64,000 nucleotides of DNA, from the NCBI GenBank assembly GCA_051294375.1, contig CM119264.1, positions 28,500,696 through 28,564,695 of the forward strand, read 5' to 3'. The position numbers and the translations under genes were made by a program. This DNA comes from Paraspadella gotoi. Lineage: Eukaryota; Animalia; Chaetognatha. The notes beneath the pieces are model-generated. The model had not been told where the DNA came from and searched no databases. It saw only the letters and a list, made by a program, of their open reading frames with translations. Below are positions 49,761 through 61,883 of the stretch, in pieces (position 1 is the stretch's first letter; each line of letters opens with the position of its first letter).

Positions 49761-52695
49761 ATGGACGAAACACTGAAGGTGATCTTTAAACACATCGATC
49801 AACACGGCCCGCGATATGTGGAGCGCTTGCGCGAGGCCGTGGAGATTCGCAGCGTGAGCGGTTGGCCGGATCACCGCAACGACGTTATCGAGATGGTCCA
49901 GTGGACGGCGAAACACTTGAGGAGACTCGGCGCCACCGTCGAACTCGCCGAACTCGGCAAGGAAAAGCTGCCCGATGAGACTGAGGTTCGTGGACGGATT
50001 TCTTTGATTACCCTTTCACATTAACTTTTGTTCATTTTTATGAAATAAGTACTATAAATATTATCGATTTATTTAATAACTAAAGCTATTTTGTCCCTGA
50101 CTATGGACAGGAAGGCGGAACAGGTTACAAACTAACAGAAGTCCGGTTTTAATATTATTTATATTTTTATTAAAAATCATGAAAATTTAAAAAATGTAAG
50201 ATTTATCTTATAGTTAAACGCATGAATGTTATTTAATATTATCCAAATACTATATAATATAAAAAAATTTGGGGATTGAATTTTAATTTTTTTATCAGAT
50301 TGAGCTCGAAAAGTTAGATAAAGGTGATGACTCTACAAACTTAGATAAAGGTTATTATTACAACTTTTCGAAATTTTAATGATTTGTATATAAAAATTAA
50401 CAAAAACTATTTAATTTATTGTATGATTTTTTATGATTTTTTAAGGTTTTTTCAAATTTAAACACATTTATCATTAAAATTTATAAAATTTGTAATACTA
50501 ACCTTTATCTAACTTTTTAATCTTTATCAGAATTCATTTTTAAAAATTTAAATTAAAAAAAATTAAGCATTTCTTATATATTGTTAAATATTAAAATGCT
50601 TCCATGCATGAGGAAGATGAATTTAATCAAGATCTAACATCATAAGTCAATGTGATTGTCAAAGGACAAAATACTTTTATTGCAGACTATTTCATATTGT
50701 AAAAATTGTTAAATTCTGGCCCGCCTTAATGGACAGTGGATTAATCACTCCATCATTATGAATAACGTCGCAAGATTTCAATCAAGACTTTCTCATAGTC
50801 TATAAGTCAAGTTTATCTTATTTTCCGTTTAACCGCCTCCTTTTATACACGTATATAATTTCTCCCTTTTCCAAGATTCCGCTCCCTCCCGTCATCCTGG
50901 CTCAACTCGGCAACGACCCTCGCCTACGAACTCTCCTCATCTACGGTCACCTCGACGTCCAACCGGCCAGGATCGAGGACGGATGGGAAACGGAGCCTTT
51001 CCGCCTCGTGGAGAAGGACGGGAAGATGTTCGGACGAGGCGCGTCGGACGACAAGGGGCCCGTCGTCGGGTGGATCAACGCCATCGAGGCTTTCATCGAG
51101 TCCGACGTCCCGATTCCCGTCAACCTCAAGTTCTGTTTCGAGGGGATGGAGGAGAGCGGGAGTCAGGGTCTCGACGAGCTCATTTTCTCGCAGAGGGACA
51201 AGTTCCTCAAGGTGAGGCACGACTCGATTGCCGATCGAGTCATGAGAGGCAGCGAGGAATGAGAAGGAAAGATTCGCAATGCAATTACAATTAATTTATT
51301 TATATTTCGAAATCACAGAACGTTGATTACGTCTGCATATCGGACAACTACTGGCTGGGAAAGAACAAACCGTGCATCACCTACGGCCTTCGAGGGATTT
51401 GCTACTTTTTCATTACAGGTAAGGATTTTGTCTTATGTCTTATGGCAGTACTTGAAATATTTAAACCATCGTTGCGTTTGACAGTGACTTGCCGCGAAAC
51501 GCGACCTCTCATTCGGGCGTCTACGGCGGCTCCGTCACGAGGCGATGACGGACCTCATCCACCTCATGTCCAACTCGTTGACGTCAAGGACGAATACTCG
51601 TTCCCGGGATTTACCAACGACGTCAAGTGCATCACGGACCAGGAGCGCGCCGCCTACGCGGAGCTAGACTTTGACTGCGAGGATTACGCCAAGGTCTTGG
51701 ATGGGGGTTGGCTGGTGGGGTTCGATAGATTAGGAGAACATTTATATAAGAGATTGAGAGATTTCCTTTATGAATTGTACAACGCAATATAAAAATTATC
51801 CATTCATTTAATAAATAGCTATTTGCCCTTTTTTCATTTTATAAACCTACGTCCGCCATCATATTTCCGTTAATTCGCCATATTTTTCTCACTATTTTTT
51901 CATTTGATCAATAACACATTATGTGCGTTAACTTTGATAGTAAATAATAAATAGCGAAATGGGTTAAATAACGTAAATATAAAGCTTTAAACATATTATA
52001 ATATTATGTGACATAACGTGAGTTTGTCTTCTGTTTAATTTCTTGTTCCAGGACATCGGCGCACGAAAATTGATCCACGGTGACGACAAAATGGAAACCT
52101 TGATGCATCGATGGCGCCATCCGTCGCTGTCGCTACATGGAATCGAAGGTGCCTTCTCCGAAACCGGATCCAAAACCGTCATTCCTAAGACCGTCATCGG
52201 AAAGTTCTCCATCAGGCTCGTGCCTAATATGGAACCAGAAGTCGTTGAGAAAAAGGTTTGGATGAGAGATGTCGAGAAACAAAAGGATAAATTAGTGATG
52301 AATAAATTTTCTGTCTCCCCAAACAGGTCGTCCGTTACTTGGAAGAGGAATTCAACAAACTCGGTTCACCCAACAAGTGCCGGGTCTCAATGGGTCATGG
52401 GGGCAAGCCCTGGTTGTCCGATTACGATCACCCTCACTACAGAGCGGGCAGGACGGCGTCCCGTCTCGTCTACGGAGTGGAGCCTGACCTGACCCGAGAG
52501 GGCGGTTCCATCCCCGTCACCCTTACCTTCCAAGACGCCACCAACAAGAACGTAATGCTGCTGCCGATGGGCGCCTGCGACGACGGCGCCCACTCTCAGA
52601 ACGAGAAGCTCGATATTAGGAATTACCTCAGCGGCACCAAGCTATTCGCTGCCTACTTGCAGGAGCTGGCTAAAGTACAGGAGTGTCAGTGCTGA
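49761..52695 (+). CDS. CNDP2: Cytosolic non-specific dipeptidase (peptidase M20A), 6 exons, ~480 aa
   Basis: Exons 49761-49985, 50876-51211, 51319-51418, 51485-51693, 52052-52255 and 52327-52695. Motifs [60 protein letters not shown] and [10 protein letters not shown]. Exon 4 contains several compensating indels. Confidence 0.95.
50081..50679. mobile_element. AT-rich fold-back / MITE-like element in CNDP2 intron 1
   Basis: Outer inverted pair TATTTTGTCCCTGAC (50087-50101) / GTCAAAGGACAAAATA (50658-50673). Inner inverted pair TTAGATAAAGGTTATTATTACAA... (~50341-50387) / ...TTGTAATACTAACCTTTATCTAA (~50464-50518). Confidence 0.5.
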
Positions 52696-53093
52696 GCGGA
52701 ATTGATAGAGAATTTCTGCGCCAAAAACTACTCGAGTTTTTTCATTTTTTTCCCCGATTCTGGTGGTTAATTTACGTCTGAATTTTTTTATAATGATACG
52801 TAATTACTGATCTGTGATATTTACTTAGTTTTTGTTACAATCTTACTTCTTAATTATTTACGAATTTTAATCGGGCGTAGGGTTTAAAAATTGTCATAAT
52901 TGCACGTTAAAATTAATTTAGATTTTGTTTTCACGACTATTATCAATACATTCGCTCATGGTCGATACTAAACTATTAAACCGATAGCGTGGAAAACGTT
53001 GCCAATATTCTCAGCGATAATGCCGTTGATGTGACAAACGTATAACGCTATCTAAACTTAAAGCGATCAACGATTTCGCTGAACACAAAAAAA

Positions 53094-56000
53094 ATGGCGA
53101 ATTCGTCGCGAGAAAATCGCGACGTGGCGAGTTTCTTCTGCACCAAACACGGCCACGCCCTCAAGGGAAAGTACAAGCGCATCTTTTCCGTCGGGACTCA
53201 CGCCATTACTACCTACAATCCCAACACTATGGAGGCGAGTTTTCGCTGTTGACGAGAACGATGTCTATCTTGCATCATAATAATAATATTTAAATATCCG
53301 ATCATTGAACTTTCGTATCCCCAGGTGACGAACCAGTGGCCCTACGACGAATTCATCTCCATCGTCCCCAACGTCAAATCTCCCAACTCTTCGGAATTCT
53401 TTATTAACATGAGAAAGAAAAATGGAAAGACGGACACCATGAAATTCTCCTCCGATCATCGATCCGAAATCCTCACCGAGGCCCTGGTCTGTCAACCTTA
53501 ATATTAACGCATTTAATATTAATAATTAATTAATAATTAATTAAAATATAACGCCAGCGTTTCAACGGGGTCTTCGCCGACCGACACTTGAACGAAAATC
53601 GGCGCTTCAACTGCGCCAAGCATCACTGGAGCGACGCCCGCGTCCCCGTCGTTCTGGAAGTGAATCAAGGTTCGCTGGACCAGGTGGACCCCGTGTCGCG
53701 TCGAAGGATCGCCTCCTACGACTACAAAGAGATGGAAGGCCTCGTCGTCGTCTCCGATTACCCTGGAGGCATCGCCGTCATCTACGGAGGATTCTCCAGG
53801 TGGCGACGGATTTGTTATGAGCCAGGGCGAAGCCATTCTCTTCATCTCCCTTTCCCTCTTCTTCCAGGTTGCACCTTTTCGCCACCGACAACCGAGACGA
53901 ACTGATCAAGTCGATCGTCGGGAGCGCGAGCTGCTACGTCGGCATCCCGATCAGGATCAAAAAGGAACCCATTTCTTTCGAGCAGTTTCAGTTGCATCGA
54001 CTGGGCAAATACAGGTACCTTTGGGGAAAATATGATTTAAAATGGAGATAAATAGATGATGATAGAAAAGAAAAATATTATTGATTCATAAGACTAGCAA
54101 AGATTCGATCCACGAGTTTATACTACCCGTTTTCCTCTTTTTCACTTTTTCCTATTTTCGAAATCCTTGACTTTCCCAGTTTGTTTCTTATGAGCAATAT
54201 GAGGACTCCCACATTTCACTTTTCCCTCTCTGGGAGAGAAAAATCCCGAATGCCCGTTTGGCTTTCCGGACATTGGTTGTCGGCCGATGATAATAAGATG
54301 TAGGTTTGCCATGTTTTTTTTTTTTCTGTTATTTTAGTTTGGCATTCGTTTCCAGTAATTAATTAGGTCCGAGCTTTGATATGAGTAATTTGGCATGTTT
54401 TCGGCCGCTCCTTTGATTCACGATCAACTCTTTCGTTTCCTTTGTGCTCATTAATAATATTATTAATATTAGTACAATTTATTTTGATTTGTAGGTGATT
54501 TCTTTTTTTTTATTCTTTGTTCGAAATCGGGACTTTTCGTAAAATCCTTGTGCAAAACCTACATACTTAGGCCGTTTATTTTCCCTAATATTGAATATTG
54601 CCATTAAAAAATGCATTTAATAAGTTCCTTTCCCCTCTTGCACCCCTTCTCAGTTCGGACGAATCGGTGACATCCTTGGCCGAGTTTTCCGTCTGTAAAT
54701 TTTGTCCGTTTCGACATCCGGGCGAGTCCGTCAAACGTCTCCTATGCCTGACCGAAACTTGTCTCATCGAACGGGATCCAGCTTCATACGCCATCGTTAC
54801 CTGTCGTCCGCTCAATGAGGTAAGACCTTTTCTTCTAATTCACCAATATTCTTTCCATCATCTTTGTCTCACCTCCATTCTCCTTCACAGATTCACACGA
54901 TAATTCGCTACCAAGAGGAACCGCAAAAGTTCAGCGTGGAATACGTGAAGGGCTACATTCGGACGTTCAACTCGACGGATCGGGACTCTCTCCTCGCGTC
55001 GCTTCTCGACGGCGTCCGAGCCTCCGGGAATCGCGACGTCCACGTCAGGTCGACGCCGACGCAAAAAGGCTTTCGACAAGGTGCTACATGCAGAATATTC
55101 GCAATAATGTTATTAGTGATTTACTGTTGTAGTATTGATTTGCGCAAAGGTCCCATGACGCTCCCCGTCGACGAGGACGTCGAGTCCCGCCACGTTAAGT
55201 TTCTTCAACAGCTTCCGCCCGGAATGTCGTTCCTTCAAGCCGTGCAACGATTCAACTCGAACATTCCTTACAGCGGCCTAATTCATGCTGTCACACAGGC
55301 GAGCACCGACGCCGATGAAGCGAAACCTTGACCGACGCCGCCTTGCCTCATCCCCTTTTATCTTCTTAATTCAGGACAGTTTTTTCGCGGAAAACAAAGA
55401 AAAGTTAATCAACGGCGCCATCTCTTCCCTGTTGACTCACGAGGGCGACCAGTCGACGATCTCCTTGGAAGATCTGGAGGAGCAGTTCCTGGCCCTCCGA
55501 CGTCTCGTCGCCTCCAAGGCCGGCTTCAACGCATTCACTCAACTACCAAAGTGGGTGGAGTCAGCTCAGGGTGTTGGCTTAAATTCAACAGCAGCGTATT
55601 ATCTCTTTCGCATCCCGACCCAGGTTCCGCGAGAAGATGGGGATCAAAGTGGTGAAGGCGTTGAAGAGAAACAACGAGGGCGTGGCCCACGCATCCATCG
55701 ACACGCTCAACGCCCTCATACAACCCATGCACGACAACTATGACCTCAGACAGGAGCAGTTGAACAAAGTAAATAGAAATTAATGAGTACAACTATTAAA
55801 TTAATAAATTTAAAAAATTATAAATGTAAACCTCTACTTTTTCCCTCCCCAGGCCAGCATCTTGTCCTCGAAACGATTCCTCGAGTCGCTCCTCGAGATG
55901 TTCTCCTCTCACGTCCTCCGCGGAACTGGCGCCCTCGTCATCTCCTCTCTCCTCGACTTTCTCACTTTCGCCCTCTGCGCCCCCTATTCGGAGACGACGC

Positions 56001-59000
56001 ACGGAGATCACTTCGACTCCTTGCTCGAGATGGTCGCCGCCCACGGCAGGGCCATGTTTAAACTCTTTCAGGTTTGCAAAAGGGATGAAAGTGGGATGAG
56101 GATAACTTCAAGAGACGGAAATGATGGGAGATTGAGATGAGACGAGGTTGGGTTATATTTAGTGCCCTTCGTTTTTTTCCTTTTTTTCTCTTTTTCTTCT
56201 TTCCTTTCTTTTCTTTCCTTCCTTTTTCTGTCCTACCCTTCTTTTCTTTCCTTTATGCTTTTTTCCTTTCTTTCCTTCCTTATTTCTTCCTTTCTTTTCT
56301 ATTTTTCTTCCCTTCCCTCCTTCCTTTCCCTTTATTGATTGACATCTTTCCCGCAGCACCCGTCTATGGCGATCGTCAAAGGAGCGGGTTTGATCATGAA
56401 GGCGATCATCGAAGAGGGCGAGGCGGAGATCTCGGCAAAGATGCAGGGTTTGGCGTTGGCCGAAGGCGCCCTCCCGCGCCACCTCCTCGCCGCTATGTTC
56501 ACTACTAGCACGGATTCCCGGATGTTGACGAACAGGTTGGCGTGGTCAGAGTTCCACGGAGATGTATCTTATTCGTATGCGTGTATTCGTTTTTTTCTCG
56601 CCAGACGCCTCTGCTTCTTTGTGACCGTTGTCGTCGTCACGCCTCTTTTACTATCGCTCTCTCTCTCTCTTTAATTATATGTCGTCTCTTTCTCTGTCTC
56701 TCTCTCTTTTTCCGTCGCTGCCTCTTCTGAATCGTTTAAAAACGAGTTCTGCTCTGCAGCGGCTGTCCAGCTTCTCTCTAACTTTTTTCTTTTTCTTTTC
56801 TCTCTCTCTCTCTCTTCTCCATGCGCATCATAATTTGGTTTTCATTGCATCAATAATTGGTTATCATCGCATCAATAATTTTATCATCTTATCAATAAAT
56901 TGGTTATCATAGAAATAATATACTATTAAATTAATAATTTACTATTACATCAATCAATCAATCAATTATTATTATCGGTCAATCAATCATTATTAATTCA
57001 ATCAATCAATTACTATTTTCATTAATTAATCAATTACTATTCTACAATCAATTATAATATCACAATCAATTAATTACATTATTTCAATCAATTACTATAT
57101 TTCAATCAATTATTAATATTAATCATACTATACACATCATTACTATTACAACATCAATTACTATTACATCAATCAATAATTCGTTTATCGCATCAATCAT
57201 TTTTTTTTTTTTTTTTAATTTTTTTTATTATTTTTTTTTTGATAGTAACGTCTGGCGAGATCACTATACTTTTAAGTTTTTTTACATTGTCAGACAACTG
57301 AGCCGCCACTTAGTCGGGCTTGGGGTGACCGGAGCATCCGTCGCCATGACGCCGTCTCCGGAAGTGATCCTTCCCGCCGGACTCTCGGCTTATCTCGATT
57401 CCGACGATGAAGTGAGGAAGACTGTCATTTTAATTCATAAATTATTCAAATTAATTTGATAATTTCGCACTAATCCGCTTTTTAGGTCCCAGAGGACGCC
57501 GATTTGCTCCACGTTCGCGACACGTTGGCGATGGCGCAAGAAGACGACGCCAACCGTAATTCCAAAACCAAGCAGCAAATCAAAGAACTACAAATCCAAT
57601 TGAAGGTTCATTTCCCCTTCTCTTTTGTGCAAAAGTGGAAAATAAAACCGCGATCTTCCAAATTCAAAACTTCAGATCATGGAGAGACATTTGGATCAAG
57701 TCCTGTCGCACTGGCGCGGCAAGTTGGGCCTGGAGCAGCTCAAACTTCCTTCCGGCGGCGGCGGAGGCGGCGTGAGCGGACTCATCAATTCCGAACCGGA
57801 AGTCAAACCCGTGGTGCTGAGGAAACGGCGCCAAAGAGTCAAAAGCGAAGCCAACTGGGCCTTGTTCTATTACCAATTCAACTGTGATCACGCCAAACCA
57901 AACCTTATCTGGAACAGAAAGGCGAGTATCTTTTTTTTTTTTTTTTTGGTTTTACGTCTTTATTTATATTATTGAAAATGGGACAAAAAGATTAATTGAG
58001 ATTGAACGAAAATATAAATCTTTTCCAGTTAAATTTATTTTAAAAAAAATAAAGAGGCTTAAAAAAAGGGGATCTTCGTGATTGCTTTGTCAAGCGGTTT
58101 TCCCTTAATCCATCTCCATTGTCTCGTCGGGGAATTTCCAACCGTCGGTAATCAACTCGGCTTTGATTTCGGGCAGCTGAGAAGAAAAAATTCTCAACTT
58201 TTTTTTTATCATTTCCTAACGAACAAGTAAAGAGTAGCCTTGACAAGTCAAACCTTGGTCGCTTCCGCCTCCAAATTGTCAACGAATCCCAGGTATTTGC
58301 GGATCATCTGCTCGAGAACTCTCTTGCTGTCGTCCATTTTGGCGCGCGTCTCTGTTCGAACCTCCGACGTCAGTTCCGCCAATAACTCGGGATACTTAAA
58401 AGAGAACGAGAGTTTAATTTTATTGGATCGTTATCGTCGTGACGAATTTGACCGCGAACCTTGGAAGCGTAGTTCTCCTGAATGGCTTTGACGCAGGGAA
58501 GCTCGATCTTCCCCACGGTGTCCAGCTGGTAGAAATACGTGACGAATTCGTTCTTGATGGCCAGTTTGACCAATTCTAGAAGCGTCTTGGTCATGTCGCG
58601 CTGTGGAATCGGACCGTAGAAACTTAACTTTGATACAAAGTGTTGCCTTATTTTGTATTTTCCCTCGCCTGGTATTCCTTGATATTGTTGACGATGTTGG
58701 TGATTGGTTCGAGTCTCTTCAGCTCCTCCGACTCTTCAAGCGGGTCCACGTTAGCCTTCGCTCTCTCCATCAATTTGTTGTACTCGTCGTCCAGTGCCGA
58801 GTAACGCGCGTCGGCTTGTGCTAGAGGCTCCCATCCCTGTCGACGATCGTTCCCTAATATTATTATCATTATAAGCAGGACAAGGAAGATGGGACGCACC
58901 TCTAAACCGTGAACCAACGCTACGGCTTTTTTGACCGATGTCGAGTCCAGTTCCAAATAGGTGTAGAAGCATTGACCTTAAATTCAATGCAAAAAAAAAC

Positions 59001-61697
59001 GTTTAAAAAAGAAATTATATTTAATTTATAATAAAAATTAAAGTGTGGAAAGAAAGAACTACCTCTCACTCCCCGTTCTTTTTTGAATCCCTCTGGGTCC
59101 AAATCCTCGTCACGATCCATCGCCTCGCGTTCACTCATTCGCGTCTCATCTCGCAATGACTTTTCATTACAAAAATATCTCTGGATAAAAATGTCAAAGG
59201 AACCAAACTCCCTTACGACAAAAACTGACCATATTCCTCTTCGAAATCCTTTTGCCAAACGTTTGGCAACTGCAGAGAAGAGCCAGCGAAATCACGAAAC
59301 TTAAGAAATTCATGATTCGCGCTCCTCCGGCGCGGGTTCGGGTCCTGCCGGCTTTTAATTCTCTATTTAGCGACGGAATCTCTAAGCGAAGGATTTAAGG
59401 ATCGAACTTTCTCCTTTGTTTAACGAGTGAGAAAAAGATTTTAAGCGGTTAATCTTTCACAGACGCGAGACGAGTTGCGGGAGGCGTTGGAAAACGAAAT
59501 ACGAGCCTTCAACGCCGACAGAGAAATCGCCGGCACCCACATCATTTCGTGGAATCACCAAGAGTTCGAGGTGAAGGGTGGGGGCGAAGGGTTTGCGATT
59601 CTCGCTTTTCCTTAGTTTATTTCGAAAGACTTTATTTTACGTCTTTCCTCTCAGGTGCCTTATTTGTGTCTGGCGGAAGAAATAAAGATCGGCGATTATT
59701 ACCTCCGTCTTCTTCTGGAAGAGAACGACAACGAAAGCGAAGAAATTAGCGAAATTAAAAAATCGTCAGTAATAATTAATTAATTTATTTATTAATTAAT
59801 TAAGAAAGCGATCCGACTCTCTCCCTTTCCTCCGATCAGGAACGAGTTCTTCAACGATCTCTACCATCGCTTCCTCCTCTCATCCGCCAAAGCCTCCATG
59901 CGCTGCATGTGCCTCCAGGCCATGTCGATCGTCTACGAGCGCTGCCTCAACGAGATCGGCAAGTTCAACGACATCAAGTTCATCGTCGGAATGTTGGAGC
60001 GGACCAACGACAGGTGAGTGGAGTGAGCTTGTACCGCTTCTATCGTTGTATCGTTTTGTGTACCGCTTTGTTCTCTGTCCAATTCAGGCAAGAGCGCGAT
60101 TGCTTGCTGCGTTTCATCGCCGTCCTCTTGATGAATCGATCCAACGTCCGCGACTTTATCGAAGCCAACGGACTTCGGGTTCTCGTCGACGTGCTCACCC
60201 TGGCGCATCTGCACACCAACCGTGCCGTCGTTCCTTTACAAGTCGGTGGTTTTTTCACAAACGTTGAGAACTTTTGAATGATACATTTTACAATATTAAA
60301 TTATATTTGTTTTTTAGCGGAACGTGATCGAGGCTGGAGCCAACATGAAGCGCGAGGGAGAGAAGGAGTGGTACTTTGGCAACGCGGAGAAGGAAAGACT
60401 CGGCCCTTATTCCTTCGACGAGATGAAACAGTTTTACGCCGACGGATCCATTCACGCCAAAACCAGATGTTGGGCGCAGGTTACTTTTTTTGTTAAACCT
60501 TCTGATCCTTCCCATGTCTATATATCGATATTCAAACAAAGTTACTCAACATTAAAATCCAATATTACTACCATCCTTTCAGGGTCTCGACGGGTGGAGA
60601 CCCCTGATGGCAATTCCCCAGTTGAAGTGGACTCTCGTGGCGACGTCGCAGGCGACGATGAACGAGACCGACCTCTCGGTTCTCGTCCTCAACATCCTCA
60701 TCCGCCTCTGCGGCTACTCGCCCTCTCGCGACGAAGATGGCGCCATCGTCCGCCCGCTCCCCAAAGTCAAGCGCCTCCTCAGCGACGCCACCTGTTTTCC
60801 TCACATCGTCCAGCTTTTACTCACCTTCGATCCTTTACTGGTTGAAAAGGTAAGGCTCGTTACGGACAACGTGTATTTTATTTAAATTTTATTTAAATTG
60901 TTTTTTTGTTTTTTTTCCGCTGGCAGACCGCGACGCTATTGAACCTCATCGTCGCCGACAATCCAATTCTGTCTCGATTGTATCAAACTGGAGTCTTTTA
61001 CTTCATCCTCATGTACACCGGTGCCAACGTTATTCCAATCGCCAAGTAATCCTTGAATATTTTAAACTTTTAAAAAAGGAGGAAAAAGGATTTATTCCGA
61101 CCACGATCTAATTCGTAGATTTCTGAAATACACACACACGAAGCAAGCCTTTCGATCCGAGGACGATTCCATCTCCGACATCATGCAGCGATCGATCCTC
61201 GGACAGATCATGCCGGAGGCGATGGTCTGCTACTTGGAGAACTACGTCGAGGAGAGATTCGCCAAGATCTTTCTCGGTGGGTCCTTGAAATCATTCCATT
61301 GGTCGCTTAATTAAGAAAAGAAAAAGAAACTCGCAAAATCGCTCTTTCCTCTTTTTCGATTTCAGGCGAATACGACACCCCCGAAGCCATTTGGAACAAC
61401 GAAATGCGGCGGCGAATGATCGAGAAAATCGCGGCGCATCTTGGCGACTTCACCCCACGACTTCAATCCAACACCCGCGCACTCTTCCAGGTAGACCGAC
61501 CGACCGAGTTTTGAAGAAAATAATCATTCTCGCCTCAATTCGAAACCTCCCTCTCCCCCCCCCCATTTTGTCAACAGTACTGCCCCATTCCTCACATCAC
61601 TTACCCGCAATTAGACGAAGAATTATTTTGCAACATTTACTATCTCCGACATCTCTGTGATACACTTCGATTCCCCAACTGGGAGATTAAAGATCCG
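53094..61697 (+). CDS. DNAJC13: DNAJC13 / RME-8, 5' part (24 exons; gene continues beyond the window)
   Basis: Exons 53094-53234, 53325-53486, 53558-53799, 53868-54014, 54654-54819, 54891-55080, 55150-55298, 55375-55550, 55624-55768, 55853-56071, 56357-56535, 57294-57411, 57486-57605, 57676-57921, 59463-59570, 59655-59764, 59840-60013, 60088-60241, 60318-60479, 60583-60849, 60927-61045, 61119-61276, 61366-61490 and 61578-61697. Motifs [83 protein letters not shown]-like [15 protein letters not shown] and YCPIP...LFCNIYYL. The J domain lies downstream of the window. Confidence 0.97.
58105..59138 (-). CDS. Nested antisense orphan gene in DNAJC13 intron 14, 6 exons, ~224 aa, helical-looking protein
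   Basis: Minus-strand exons 59138-59063, 58976-58900, 58836-58669, 58600-58460, 58394-58254 and 58176-58105 join in phase (675 nt): [78 protein letters not shown]...[27 protein letters not shown]...[15 protein letters not shown]...[23 protein letters not shown]. If the last intron is not used, the protein stops at 58248. Confidence 0.75.
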
Positions 61698-61883
61698 GTG
61701 AGTCAATTTTTTCTTTGACGATGACGGAGGGGGGTTTGTGGCCGCCGATTATATAATCTTCTACAATCTTATTTCGGATGCATATCTTTTATCTCTATCA
61801 AATTCTGCGGTTTTTGTTTGTTTTTTTGTTCTCGCAAAAAAATTATGAACAAAAAGGAGAAAGTGACTCAAAAACGGAAGGCG

